A stretch of 64,000 nucleotides of DNA from Gammaproteobacteria bacterium (GTDB lineage Bacteria; Pseudomonadota; Gammaproteobacteria; UBA4575): positions 544,001-608,000 of the forward strand of contig CBDEUS010000002.1 of assembly GCA_965243395.1 (NCBI GenBank). Direction: 5' to 3'. Of this stretch, positions 30,279-40,720 are shown in pieces; the first letter of the stretch is position 1; every line of letters starts with the position of its first letter. The notes under the pieces are model-generated. The model did no database searches and had not been told where the DNA came from. It worked only from the letters and a program-made list of their open reading frames with translations. Made by a program: the position numbers and the translations under genes.

Positions 30279-30473
30279 ATGAGTACTCAAATACAACCCG
30301 CCTTCTCTTCACAAGTTACATACTATGTGATGAATATGAAAAACGAGCACTGGATTAAGATTAGTGATACTTATTTTGATTTAGATGAAGCTAAGACAGC
30401 TTATTCAAAATTAATAAAAAGACATCCGTTTGCACGCCTTGGAGGCAAAAATAACTTTACCGTTAAAAAGTAA
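30279..30473 (+). CDS. Hypothetical small protein (64 aa)
   Basis: ATG preceded by purine-rich AGGACTCAAGG; co-oriented 40 bp after the Nu1-like ORF. Confidence 0.55.
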   Translation: MSTQIQPAFSSQVTYYVMNMKNEHWIKISDTYFDLDEAKTAYSKLIKRHPFARLGGKNNFTVKK

Positions 30474-30497
30474 TTCGATTGACCAATTTTTGAATAC

Positions 30498-31466
30498 TTA
30501 ACTCGGCTGTATTTTACTGATACGTCGATTTACGGCTAACCAAGAGCCTAATAGTCCTAAAAAAACACTTGCGAGTATCAAGCTCAGACTTTGTTTAAAA
30601 CTAGGCAACATAAGTTTGAAATCACTATTGTAGAGACTGACAAGTTCTTGCGTGGGCTGGCGAATGCCTAATAACACGATGAAAACCAGTAAGAGCGCGA
30701 GTACTCCACCTAATAAACCAAACCACAAACCTCCATATAAAAAAGGTCTGCGAATAAAGCGATCCGTTGCACCGATTAATTTAGTTACTTCAATTTCCTC
30801 GCGACGGTTTTCAATATCCAGACGAATGCTATTTCCTACAACGAGTAATACCGATAGCCCAAGCATGATGCCAATGGCTAAAATCGTGCGTTGAATAATA
30901 TTAGTAATCGCCTGCAAACGTTGTAACCACTGCATATCTAACTGAACTTGCTCAATATGCGCTAATTTTTGCAGTGAATCCCTTAACTCAAAAAGCGTAT
31001 TGCCCTTTTTTGCAGCATCAACAGGTGTAACCACTAGTGTCGGGGGTAATGGATTATTTGGCAGACCCTCTAACAAGTCACCGAACCCACTTCGTTGTTT
31101 AAATTCGCTAAGCGCAATATCTGCTGGCACGTACAATACGCGTTCGATATTCTCGTTTTCTGCAATCTGTTGTTTGACATCTCTAATTTGTTTTTCCGAA
31201 GTGTTACTGTGTAAGAAAAGCGTGATCTGACCTGCGTCATCCCATTGATGTGTGACATTTTGTAGATTGTTTAACAGGACATATAAGCAAGTTGGTAATG
31301 CCAGTGCTACGGCAATCATTAGCAGCGTCATGATAGAGGCAAATGGTGTGCGGTAAAGTTTACCTAAACTGAATAGCAGCACACGTACATGGTCACGCAC
31401 ATAGGCGCGAAAACGTGTTTTTAAATTAGGCCGATTTAGAGGCTGTTGGTGTCTAGTTTTAGCCAT
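30498..31466 (-). CDS. ftsX: Cell division permease FtsX
   Basis: NPLP, GNSIRLDIENRREEIEVTKLIGATDRFIRRPFLYGG. Confidence 0.97.
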   Translation of the reverse strand: MAKTRHQQPLNRPNLKTRFRAYVRDHVRVLLFSLGKLYRTPFASIMTLLMIAVALALPTCLYVLLNNLQNVTHQWDDAGQITLFLHSNTSEKQIRDVKQQIAENENIERVLYVPADIALSEFKQRSGFGDLLEGLPNNPLPPTLVVTPVDAAKKGNTLFELRDSLQKLAHIEQVQLDMQWLQRLQAITNIIQRTILAIGIMLGLSVLLVVGNSIRLDIENRREEIEVTKLIGATDRFIRRPFLYGGLWFGLLGGVLALLLVFIVLLGIRQPTQELVSLYNSDFKLMLPSFKQSLSLILASVFLGLLGSWLAVNRRISKIQPS

Positions 31467-31469
31467 GCC

Positions 31470-32165
31470 TCAATTAATAATTTCATACTCTTGTACACTT
31501 TGAATGCTTTGCGAATCGATGCATTCACCAGCACGTAAACGAATAATACGTTTTTGTAAGCGCGTGATAAGATCAAGATCGTGACTGGCAATTAATACCG
31601 TCACACCGACTTGGTTAAAATCACTAAAAAGTCGCATGATTTCAGCTGAAAGCTCGGGGTCTAAATTTCCGGTTGGTTCATCCGCGAGTAAAATCGCAGG
31701 TTTGTGCACCACAGCGCGTGCTATGCCTACACGTTGTTGTTCACCGCCTGATAAGGTAATTGGCATCATGCTTTCTTTATCCAGTAAATCAACTTTATCT
31801 AATGCAGCTCGTACACGGCGGTTGATGTCCGTCTGTGCGAATCCTGCGATTTGTAAAGGTAAAGATACATTGTCGAAGACATTGCGGTCGTGTAATAAAT
31901 GATGATCTTGAAATACGACACCCATATGTCGGCGTAGTGCTGGTATTTTGCGATTGGGAATTCGAGTAATGTTTTTACGGTTGATGAAGATTTGTCCACG
32001 TGTGGGTTTTTCAATTGCCGCAATAAGTTTTAGTAAAGTGCTTTTACCAGCACCCGACGGGCCCGTTAAAAATGCCATCTCACCCCGTTCGATGGTTAAA
32101 TTTAAATGTGAAAGTGCCTCCCGGTTTCCTGGATAGCGTTTGGTGATATTTTGTAGCTCGATCAT
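31470..32165 (-). CDS. ftsE: Cell division ATP-binding protein FtsE
   Basis: GPSGAGKSTL, LSGGEQQRVGIARA, LLADEPTGNLD; between ftsY and ftsX. Confidence 0.97.
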   Translation of the reverse strand: MIELQNITKRYPGNREALSHLNLTIERGEMAFLTGPSGAGKSTLLKLIAAIEKPTRGQIFINRKNITRIPNRKIPALRRHMGVVFQDHHLLHDRNVFDNVSLPLQIAGFAQTDINRRVRAALDKVDLLDKESMMPITLSGGEQQRVGIARAVVHKPAILLADEPTGNLDPELSAEIMRLFSDFNQVGVTVLIASHDLDLITRLQKRIIRLRAGECIDSQSIQSVQEYEIIN

Positions 32166-32168
32166 TAG

Positions 32169-33116
32169 CTAAGTAATCTCCGCAGTAATCGGCTCACGCC
32201 CGAGCAGAGCCCCTGCATATTGTTGAGCGTTAAATACACGTAAGTCTTCAACCGCTTCACCAACCCCTATGTACCGTATGGGCAATTTTAATTTGTCTGC
32301 AATGGCCAATACGATTCCTCCTTTTGCACTACCATCCAGTTTGGTGATAGCAATACCAGTAACCTCTAGTGCCTGATGAAATTCTACTGCTTGGTTGATG
32401 GCATTTTGTCCTGTACCGCCTTCTAAAACCAACAGGGTTTCGTGGGGAGCTTCTGGTTCAATCTTTTGTAAAGCTCGCTTAATTTTTTGAAGTTCTTGCA
32501 TTAGATTTTGTTGAGTGTGTAAACGTCCTGCCGTGTCAGCGATGAGAACATTTACATTGCGTGCTTTTGCAGATTGAAAAGCATCAAATACAACCGCTGC
32601 ACTGTCAGAACCACTTTTCTGCGCAATCACCGGAGCATTAATTCGTTTACCCCACTCTTGTAATTGCTCTACAGCGGCGGCCCGAAAGGTATCACCTGCG
32701 GCTAGCATTACTGACTGGCGATATTCAACGAGTCTTTGAGCAATTTTGCCAATTGTAGTTGTTTTTCCTGCACCATTTACACCCACCACTAAAATTACGA
32801 AGGGTCGAATGTTTTGCATAATTAAGGGTTTGTTACACGGTTGCAAAATTTCCGCAATACTTTCTTGCAAGGCATCATAAAGCACATCGACATCGGTAAG
32901 CTGGGTGCGACTTACTCTGGTGGTTAAATCTTCAATGATTTTGTTCGTCGTCTCTAGCCCTACATCCGCCATGACTAAACGATCTTCGATTTCTGTAATT
33001 AAGTCATCATCCAGCTCTTTTTTACCCAAAACCGCCGTAGCCAAACCTTCTGTCAGTGCATCACTGGTTTTAGATAGGCCTTTGCGCAGGCGCTGAAAAA
33101 CTCCTGTATCGGTCAT
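32169..33116 (-). CDS. ftsY: SRP receptor FtsY (short form, NG domains)
   Basis: GVNGAGKTTTIGK, DTFRAAAVEQL, DTAGR, TKLDGSAKGG. Confidence 0.97.
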   Translation of the reverse strand: MTDTGVFQRLRKGLSKTSDALTEGLATAVLGKKELDDDLITEIEDRLVMADVGLETTNKIIEDLTTRVSRTQLTDVDVLYDALQESIAEILQPCNKPLIMQNIRPFVILVVGVNGAGKTTTIGKIAQRLVEYRQSVMLAAGDTFRAAAVEQLQEWGKRINAPVIAQKSGSDSAAVVFDAFQSAKARNVNVLIADTAGRLHTQQNLMQELQKIKRALQKIEPEAPHETLLVLEGGTGQNAINQAVEFHQALEVTGIAITKLDGSAKGGIVLAIADKLKLPIRYIGVGEAVEDLRVFNAQQYAGALLGREPITAEIT

Positions 33117-33257
33117 AAATCAATTCCAAGAAATATTTTCTTAGCTAATGTAAATTCAGACATAGATTTTGAACAAATAGCTATAATATGGTCTAACAAA
33201 AATGCTGTGAATAAAAACGGCGCTAATCCTAACATCAAGTACATTCATGCGTAACAA

Positions 33258-34655
33258 ATGAAGCTAATAAAATTTTTGCCGCTATTTCTACTGCTTTTGG
33301 TTGGCTGTGCCAACCTTTCTTCTAATTCAATTGCTGAGAAAGCTGATGAAGTTGAATTTTCAATTATCAGTGATCAAAGTTTAAAGACTCATGAGACTAC
33401 TTTTGACAATGGCATGAAGGTTATTGTCAAGGAAGATCACCGTGCTCCGGTAGTGATTTCACAAGTATGGTATCAGGTAGGTTCAGCACAAGAACATAGT
33501 GGTATCACTGGAGTTTCTCATGCGCTGGAACACATGATGTTTAAAGGTACAGAAAAATATCCTTCGGGAATCTTTTCGTCTTTAGTGGCCGAAATTGGTG
33601 CGCGTGATAATGCATTTACAGGACGAGACTACACGGCTTATTACCAATTAATGGGCAAAGACAACTTAGAGCTTAGTTTTGAGCTTGAATCAGATCGCAT
33701 GCAAAATTTAATTCTTTCAGAAGAAGATTTTAAAAGCGAAATCGAAGTTGTAAAAGAAGAACGTCGACTTCGTACAGATGACAATCCCAATGCACGTGTA
33801 TATGAGCAACTTTATGCTACCGCTTTTACAAATAATCCCTATCATCATCCTATTATTGGTTGGATGAATGATTTAGATAACATGGAAGTTTCTGATTTAG
33901 AGGAGTGGTATCAGCGCTGGTATAGCCCAAATAACGCGACTCTAGTGGTCGTCGGAGATGTAAAACCTATGCAGGTGTTTACTCTGGCACGACAGTATTT
34001 TGGTGATATTCAAAGTCGCGAAGTAAAAGCTAGTAAACCAAGAATTGAACATCCTCAAACAGGCACTCGACGTGTCACAGTAAAGGCAATAGCTAAATTG
34101 CCATATGTCATGCTGGGTTACAAAGTACCTTCTCTGGCTACCGCAGAGAGTGATTGGGAACCATATGCTCTATCCGTATTGGCAGGCGTGCTTGATGGTG
34201 GCCGCAGTGCAAGATTAAGTAAACGTTTAGTACGAGAAAAAGAATTAGTTTCGGGAGCAGGAGCTGGCTACAACTTGTTTGCACGTTATCCAACTTTGTT
34301 TTTATTTGATGCTACACCCACTGAAGAGCACGGCATAGAAGTAGCTGAACAAGCGTTATATAAAGAAATTAAAGATATACAACAAAACTTAGTAAACGAA
34401 GAAGAGCTCAGCCGTGTTAAAGCACAAGTGATTGCGAGTGAGGTTTATCAACAAGATTCGGTGCAGCGACAAGCAACGGTAATTGGCAGTCTAGAAACTG
34501 TTGGTTTGGGTTGGAAAGTAATGGGTGAATACAGAGAACGTATTAATGCAATAACGGCGGAACAGGTTCGTGAAGTTGCGCAAAAATACTTAATTGAAGA
34601 TAGTTTAACCGTCTCACTGTTACAACCAATTGAGCAAATTGCTGAAAATAATTAG
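33258..34655 (+). CDS. M16 (pitrilysin) zinc protease, catalytic subunit, lipoprotein
   Basis: Lipobox LVGC, inverted zinc motif HALEH, NAFT, EERR. Confidence 0.92.
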   Translation: MKLIKFLPLFLLLLVGCANLSSNSIAEKADEVEFSIISDQSLKTHETTFDNGMKVIVKEDHRAPVVISQVWYQVGSAQEHSGITGVSHALEHMMFKGTEKYPSGIFSSLVAEIGARDNAFTGRDYTAYYQLMGKDNLELSFELESDRMQNLILSEEDFKSEIEVVKEERRLRTDDNPNARVYEQLYATAFTNNPYHHPIIGWMNDLDNMEVSDLEEWYQRWYSPNNATLVVVGDVKPMQVFTLARQYFGDIQSREVKASKPRIEHPQTGTRRVTVKAIAKLPYVMLGYKVPSLATAESDWEPYALSVLAGVLDGGRSARLSKRLVREKELVSGAGAGYNLFARYPTLFLFDATPTEEHGIEVAEQALYKEIKDIQQNLVNEEELSRVKAQVIASEVYQQDSVQRQATVIGSLETVGLGWKVMGEYRERINAITAEQVREVAQKYLIEDSLTVSLLQPIEQIAENN

Positions 34656-34679
34656 CTATAACTTGCAGAAATTATCAAA

Positions 34680-35999
34680 ATGAAAATCAAATTATTCGTA
34701 CTAATTTTACTTGGCTTTAGTTTTATCCACGTTGCTTCTGCTGCTCCACAGATTGAAAAATGGCAAACTTCTAATGGTGTAAAAGCTTTATTTGTAGCTG
34801 CTCCAGAGTTGCCGATGATAGATATTGCTGTCACCTTCGATGCGGGCAGTGGGCGTGATGCAGAGATTCCAGGTTTGTCTCAATTGACGCATGCCATGTT
34901 AAATACTGGTAGTGGCTCATTATCGGCGGACGATATCGCCGAAAAATTTGAGGGCTTGGGCGCGCAATTTGGAGCAAGTGTAAATTTGGATCGTTCCAGC
35001 GTTGCATTGCGTAGTCTTACGGATGAAAAATTATTTTTGCCGGCGTTGCAAACATTTATCGCAATAACTGCAAACCCAAGTTTTCCTGAAAAAGATTTTT
35101 CGCGTTTAAAAAATCAAACACTCGTGGCAATTAAAGATTCATCACAGCGTCCAGGAGATATGGCCAGCCGTGCATTTTATAAAGCCATTTATAACAATCA
35201 CCCCTATGCTCATCCAACAGAGGGATACAAACACAGCGTTGAAAGTATTCGTTTACAAGATGTAAAAAACTTTCATCAACAATTCCTTGTCGCCAATAAC
35301 GCATTAATTGCCATTGTAGGGGATATAAACTTACAAAAGGCTAAAGAAATTGCCGAACAAATTGCTACTAGTTTTACTCAAGGTTCTAAACCCGAACCAC
35401 TGCCAATACCTTCAGTTGCACATGATGTAGGAGACATTTACATTCCTTTCCCGTCTCAACAATCACATGTGTATTTAGGTAAATTAGGAATTCAGCGGGG
35501 GCATGAGGATTATTTTGCGTTGTACGCCGGGAATCATGTATTGGGTGGTGGTGGTTTTACATCTCGCTTAGTCAAAGAAGTACGCGTAGAGCGCGGACTT
35601 TCTTACAGTGTATATAGTTATTTTTTCCCCTTGTTTGCACCTGGCCCTTTTACTTTGGGTTTGCAAACTCGAACAGATCAAGCACATCAAGCTGCGGAAG
35701 TTTCTTTGCAAACCATAGACAAATTTTTAGCCGAAGGACCCAGTGAAGAAGAGTTAAATTTATCTAAAAATAATATTGTTGGTGGATTTCCCTTGCGCAT
35801 AGATAGCAACCGCGACATTTTAGGTTATTTGTCATTGATTGGTTATTATCAATTACCTCTCGATTATTTAGATACTTTTACAGAAAATATTTCAGCAGTT
35901 ACACAAGAACAAATTCGCACTGCATTTACAAAACATTTAGATACAAAAAAACTCGTTACCATAATTGTCGGTGGTCCAGAAGGAGAACACGGATCATAA
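34680..35999 (+). CDS. M16 protease-like non-catalytic partner subunit
   Basis: Signal peptide, no HxxEH, retains the RGLSY (R/Y) motif; paired with the upstream M16 gene. Confidence 0.88.
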   Translation: MKIKLFVLILLGFSFIHVASAAPQIEKWQTSNGVKALFVAAPELPMIDIAVTFDAGSGRDAEIPGLSQLTHAMLNTGSGSLSADDIAEKFEGLGAQFGASVNLDRSSVALRSLTDEKLFLPALQTFIAITANPSFPEKDFSRLKNQTLVAIKDSSQRPGDMASRAFYKAIYNNHPYAHPTEGYKHSVESIRLQDVKNFHQQFLVANNALIAIVGDINLQKAKEIAEQIATSFTQGSKPEPLPIPSVAHDVGDIYIPFPSQQSHVYLGKLGIQRGHEDYFALYAGNHVLGGGGFTSRLVKEVRVERGLSYSVYSYFFPLFAPGPFTLGLQTRTDQAHQAAEVSLQTIDKFLAEGPSEEELNLSKNNIVGGFPLRIDSNRDILGYLSLIGYYQLPLDYLDTFTENISAVTQEQIRTAFTKHLDTKKLVTIIVGGPEGEHGS

Positions 36000-36002
36000 C
36001 GA

Positions 36003-36557
36003 GTGGCTAACAAGAATAATCTGCGCATTATTGGTGGCGTGTGGCGAAGCCGACGCATTCATTTTATAAATTCAAAGAAAATTCGTCCCACTCCTGACCG
36101 TGTGCGTGAAACACTTTTTAATTGGCTAGCAAATGATGTAGAAGGTGCATTATGTTTAGACTTGTTTGCGGGTAGTGGGGCATTAGCTTTTGAGGCGGTT
36201 TCACGCGGTGCGAAGCATGCGGTCTTAGTAGAAGAAGATGCCAAGATTGTCTCTCAGCTTAATCTGCAAAAAGAAGTTTTACATACGAATGCAATCGAAA
36301 TTAAGCAGCAGAATGCATTGAAATACATACAAGCAGAATCTAAGCAATACGATATTATATTTTTAGATCCACCATTCAATTCTGATCTTTTAGAAAAAAC
36401 AGTGCCGCTTGTGTTAGAACACCAGTTGTTGTCATCGAAAGGGTTATTGTATGTTGAGTCTGCGGCTAACCAATCTGTTCCCGAATCGCTAAAAACATTA
36501 ACTTGTGTGCGTGAAAAAATTAGCGGCGAAGTACGATATGCTCTTTATTCCTACTAG
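36003..36557 (+). CDS. rsmD: 16S rRNA m2G966 methyltransferase
   Basis: RIIGG, RPTPDRVRETLFNWL, LDLFAGSG, FLDPPF. Confidence 0.96.
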   Translation: MANKNNLRIIGGVWRSRRIHFINSKKIRPTPDRVRETLFNWLANDVEGALCLDLFAGSGALAFEAVSRGAKHAVLVEEDAKIVSQLNLQKEVLHTNAIEIKQQNALKYIQAESKQYDIIFLDPPFNSDLLEKTVPLVLEHQLLSSKGLLYVESAANQSVPESLKTLTCVREKISGEVRYALYSY

Positions 36558-36608
36558 TTTTCATCATACTCATAAATAATTTGCCATAAACGGTATTATT
36601 CATATTAA

Positions 36609-37103
<495 letters not shown>

Positions 37104-37139
37104 TTTTTAGCGTTTGTAGAGACCACACAATAGCGGTCC

Positions 37140-38873
37140 ATGAGTAAATTTTGGTCGGCATATTTATATGTAATCATTTGCTTACCATTATTATTATCTG
37201 CTTGCGACGACTCGTCCGAGATCGAGCCAGATGTTTTAGAATCAACCCCAAAATCTGAATTTGCAGTTGCAACCGCACATCCACTGGCCACACAAGCTGG
37301 CATAAAAATTTTACAAGAAGGTGGTAATGCTTTTGATGCGGCGGTGGCAGTAACTGCAACCTTAGCCGTGGTAGAGCCTTATGCCTCAGGTATAGGCGGT
37401 GGTGGATTTTGGTTACTACATTTTGCCGATGAAGATCACGACATAATGGTTGATGGTAGAGAAGTAGCACCTTTTGCAGCCACTCGCGACATGTATATCG
37501 ATGTCGATGGTAAGCCTACTAAAAATTCTGTAACCGGACCCTTTGCCGCAGGTATTCCTGGTACTCCAGCTGCGCTCGTGCATATAGCAGAGAATTACGG
37601 TCGTCTGCCGTTAAGTCAAAGCTTAGCTCCAGCCATTGAGGTTGCACGTGATGGATTTTTGTTAACAGAGTTTTATGTAAAACGTGCCAAGGCAGTGTTG
37701 GAACGATTACAAAGTTTTCCAGAAACTATGAAAATCTTTATGCCGAATGGTGATGTGCCGCAAGCGGGTTTTAAATTAGTACAGTCGGATCTAGCGCAAG
37801 TACTTGAACAAATTGCAGTTAATGGATTGGATGGATTTTACCGAGGGGATGTAGCGCAAAAGTTAGTCGGTAGTGTGCAGCAAGCTGGAGGAATATGGCA
37901 GCTAGAAGACTTAGAAAAATATCAAGTGATTGAACGACAACCGATTAAAGGTAAATACAAAAATTTAGAAATTGTGAGTGCAACACTACCTTCTTCGGGC
38001 GGTATTGTGATCATGCAAGTATTGAATATGCTTTCACAGCTTGATTTGCAAACAATGAATGATGCGCGACGCAAACATGTCATCGTTGAAGCAATGCGTA
38101 GAGCTTATTATGATCGCGCAAAATATTTAGGCGATAAAGACTTTGTAAATGTTCAAGTTGATGAGTTGCTGTCAATGTCGCATGCAGAAAAACACTGGGC
38201 AGATTTTAGCGCTCAACATGCAACGCGAAGTGAAGATTATCTAGATAAAGAGCTTGATAAAAATCTTAAGTTAAAAGAACAGGCTCAAAACACCACACAT
38301 TTTTCAATACTGGATCAAGAAGGCAACCAAGTGGCCGCGACACTCTCAATTAACTATTTCTTTGGTTCGGGGTTTGTGGCTGAAGGCACTGGAGTGCTGC
38401 TTAATAATGAGATGGATGATTTTTCTATACAACCGGGACATGCAAACTTATGGGGGTTAGTAGGTAGTGAGGCGAATGCAATTGAACCGGGCAAACGTAT
38501 GTTATCCAGTATGTCTCCAACGTTTTTAAGTGACGGTCGGCGTATTGCGGTCTTGGGAACGCCTGGAGGGAGCCGCATTATCAGCATGGTGTTATTGTCT
38601 GCCTTAGCTTTTGCGGAAGGTGCATCCGCTGAGCAAATGGTAAATTTGCCGCGTTACCATCACCAGTATTTACCAGACGAAATTCAGTATGAAAGCGGTG
38701 CAATACAAGAAGATACCATGGCTACTTTGCAATCTATGGGTCATGAGTTAAAAGATTTAGAACGCACTTATGGAAATATGCATGTCATTGTTTGGGATTT
38801 AAAAACTAAACAAGTCACGGCTGCAAGTGACCCACGTGGTATTGGTTCTGCACAAGTTGTAACAAGTCAGTAA
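37140..38873 (+). CDS. ggt: Gamma-glutamyltransferase
   Basis: Lipobox LSAC, GGNAFDAA, SGIGGGGF, nucleophile TTHFS, LNNEMDDF, LSSMSPT, GTPGGSRI. Confidence 0.96.
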   Translation: MSKFWSAYLYVIICLPLLLSACDDSSEIEPDVLESTPKSEFAVATAHPLATQAGIKILQEGGNAFDAAVAVTATLAVVEPYASGIGGGGFWLLHFADEDHDIMVDGREVAPFAATRDMYIDVDGKPTKNSVTGPFAAGIPGTPAALVHIAENYGRLPLSQSLAPAIEVARDGFLLTEFYVKRAKAVLERLQSFPETMKIFMPNGDVPQAGFKLVQSDLAQVLEQIAVNGLDGFYRGDVAQKLVGSVQQAGGIWQLEDLEKYQVIERQPIKGKYKNLEIVSATLPSSGGIVIMQVLNMLSQLDLQTMNDARRKHVIVEAMRRAYYDRAKYLGDKDFVNVQVDELLSMSHAEKHWADFSAQHATRSEDYLDKELDKNLKLKEQAQNTTHFSILDQEGNQVAATLSINYFFGSGFVAEGTGVLLNNEMDDFSIQPGHANLWGLVGSEANAIEPGKRMLSSMSPTFLSDGRRIAVLGTPGGSRIISMVLLSALAFAEGASAEQMVNLPRYHHQYLPDEIQYESGAIQEDTMATLQSMGHELKDLERTYGNMHVIVWDLKTKQVTAASDPRGIGSAQVVTSQ

Positions 38874-39475
38874 TGCAGTTTGTTTATTTTGCAAGCCCAA
38901 TGTGTTCGTGGTGTTGGGGGTTTTCGCCCGTTATACAACAATTAAAAAAAGCTTACGGCACAGACAAAATTCGTTTGATGTTAACTCCTTTTAGAGTGGA
39001 TACCACAGAACCCATGGATGATGCCTTACGTAATTACGTATTAGGGCAGTGGCATAAAGTACACCAGACTACAGGGCAGGAATTTGATTTTCGTTTCGCG
39101 ATGCCAAAAGATTTTATTTATAACACCACTTTGGTGTGCCTAAGCATTAAAGCCTTTCGTAAACAACGTGTAGCTCTGGAATTAGAATATATGCATGATT
39201 TGCAACACATTTACTATACTGAGAATCAAGATCTCACTAACGAAGAGGTATTAATAAAAATTGCAGAAAAATTTGGCTTGAATATTTTGCAATTTAAGCA
39301 AGACTTACATAGCGAATTAATAAAGGAAGAGCTGCAAAAGGACTTTTCTTTTTGTAAGCAACTCAATGTGCGTAGCTATCCGACCCTCATGCTTGAAAAG
39401 AATGATGAATATAGTGTTTTGGCGAATGGTTATTTAGCTTTTGCAGAATTGCAGCAGAGAATAGAGTCTTTTTGA
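38873..39475 (+). CDS. DsbA/FrnE-like thioredoxin-fold protein
   Basis: PMCSWCWGF CxxC motif, TGQEF, SYPTL. Confidence 0.85.
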   Translation: MQFVYFASPMCSWCWGFSPVIQQLKKAYGTDKIRLMLTPFRVDTTEPMDDALRNYVLGQWHKVHQTTGQEFDFRFAMPKDFIYNTTLVCLSIKAFRKQRVALELEYMHDLQHIYYTENQDLTNEEVLIKIAEKFGLNILQFKQDLHSELIKEELQKDFSFCKQLNVRSYPTLMLEKNDEYSVLANGYLAFAELQQRIESF

Positions 39476-39483
39476 GATATTTA

Positions 39484-39654
39484 TTATTTGTTTTCAGTGC
39501 TAGAGCTGTTTTTATCAGGTTCAGCCTCAGTTTCTTTATAGCTGTTACGCAGAATTTCAATTTGCCAGGTTTGCAAAGTATCTGCATCCGTGAGCACAAA
39601 AGTATCTTTGCCAACCTTGCTAATGGAATAGCGTTCTTTGTCCGAAAGATCCAT
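39484..39654 (-). CDS. Possible small hypothetical protein (56 aa)
   Basis: MDLSDKERYSISKVGKDTFVLTDADTLQTWQIEIL... fills the gap between two genes; start uncertain (track ORF extends to 39819). Confidence 0.3.
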   Translation of the reverse strand: MDLSDKERYSISKVGKDTFVLTDADTLQTWQIEILRNSYKETEAEPDKNSSSTENK

Positions 39655-39824
39655 GAAAGTGCAAATATAGTTCCGTAAGTAATTAAGCTCATAATTTTGA
39701 AGCCTTTCACAAAATTTCACTTCTAGATAAAGACACAAGGCTGGATCTTGGCCATGAGTGACAAAGTGATATGACAACCGGTCTATATTGATAAGTAAAC
39801 GGAATGTGAACCGTAACAACGATT

Positions 39825-40703
39825 TTAGTAAATATCACCTGAACTCAAAAAGTTAGAAATTTCTTCTAATACAGACTCGGCGATGAGAATTCTTCCATGC
39901 CCATTGCCAGTAGTTGAGAATAATCTAATTCCCGGATGAGTTGCGATTTCTTCAGCTTCTGCATGTGGTACGACTCGATCCTTATGATCATGAATGATTA
40001 GAGTTTGACCCTGGAAATTTTGTAAAAAATTTTTTGTTGTCATTGTGTCAATACTGCGATTAGCAATTGATTGCAGTTTTTGGTGAAAAATTTCTAAAAT
40101 TATATTTGGTAATTGCATGGCGTGGATAAAAGAAGCAAATATACCTGCTAATCGATTAGGCCCCGCAATCAGCACAATTTTATTTATCCTTTCAAGCTGT
40201 TTAGTGTTTTGTGTCATATCGATAGCAAGTGCATTAGTCATTGCACCAAACGAATGGCCGATTAATACATCGATTGGTTGTACATGTGAAGCAATGGCGA
40301 GTAAAGCTTGAGTGTTACGGAGCAGGTTTGTTTGTTTGCCGGAAGAATTACCATGTGCTGGCCCGTCAAAGGCAAGCACATTGAACCCGTCATCTAATAG
40401 ACGCTGAATGATATGTGAAAAGTTTAATGCATGTCCTCCCCAACCATGCGCACATAATACTGTTTTCGCGTTATTAGGATTATTAGATGTTTGCCATTGA
40501 TAAGCAGCTAACTGATATTCGCCACTATTTATGAAAAATTGCTGGGCTCGTTGAAGTAGGGCTTTTTCAGATTGGTTTAGTTCTTGTTTACGACTTCGTG
40601 GCTGGCAAAAAAAAGACCACGCTATATCGGCGGCCAATGAAGGTGATATTTTTGCTAACAATCTGACAATGCGACTGAATAAAATTTTTAATAAATTTTC
40701 CAC
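39825..40703 (-). CDS. Alpha/beta hydrolase
   Basis: HGWGG, FDGPAHG, GHSFG nucleophile elbow, HDHKDRVVP, GNGH. Confidence 0.9.
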   Translation of the reverse strand: MENLLKILFSRIVRLLAKISPSLAADIAWSFFCQPRSRKQELNQSEKALLQRAQQFFINSGEYQLAAYQWQTSNNPNNAKTVLCAHGWGGHALNFSHIIQRLLDDGFNVLAFDGPAHGNSSGKQTNLLRNTQALLAIASHVQPIDVLIGHSFGAMTNALAIDMTQNTKQLERINKIVLIAGPNRLAGIFASFIHAMQLPNIILEIFHQKLQSIANRSIDTMTTKNFLQNFQGQTLIIHDHKDRVVPHAEAEEIATHPGIRLFSTTGNGHGRILIAESVLEEISNFLSSGDIY

Positions 40704-40720
40704 AAAACATAGCTAAGTAA

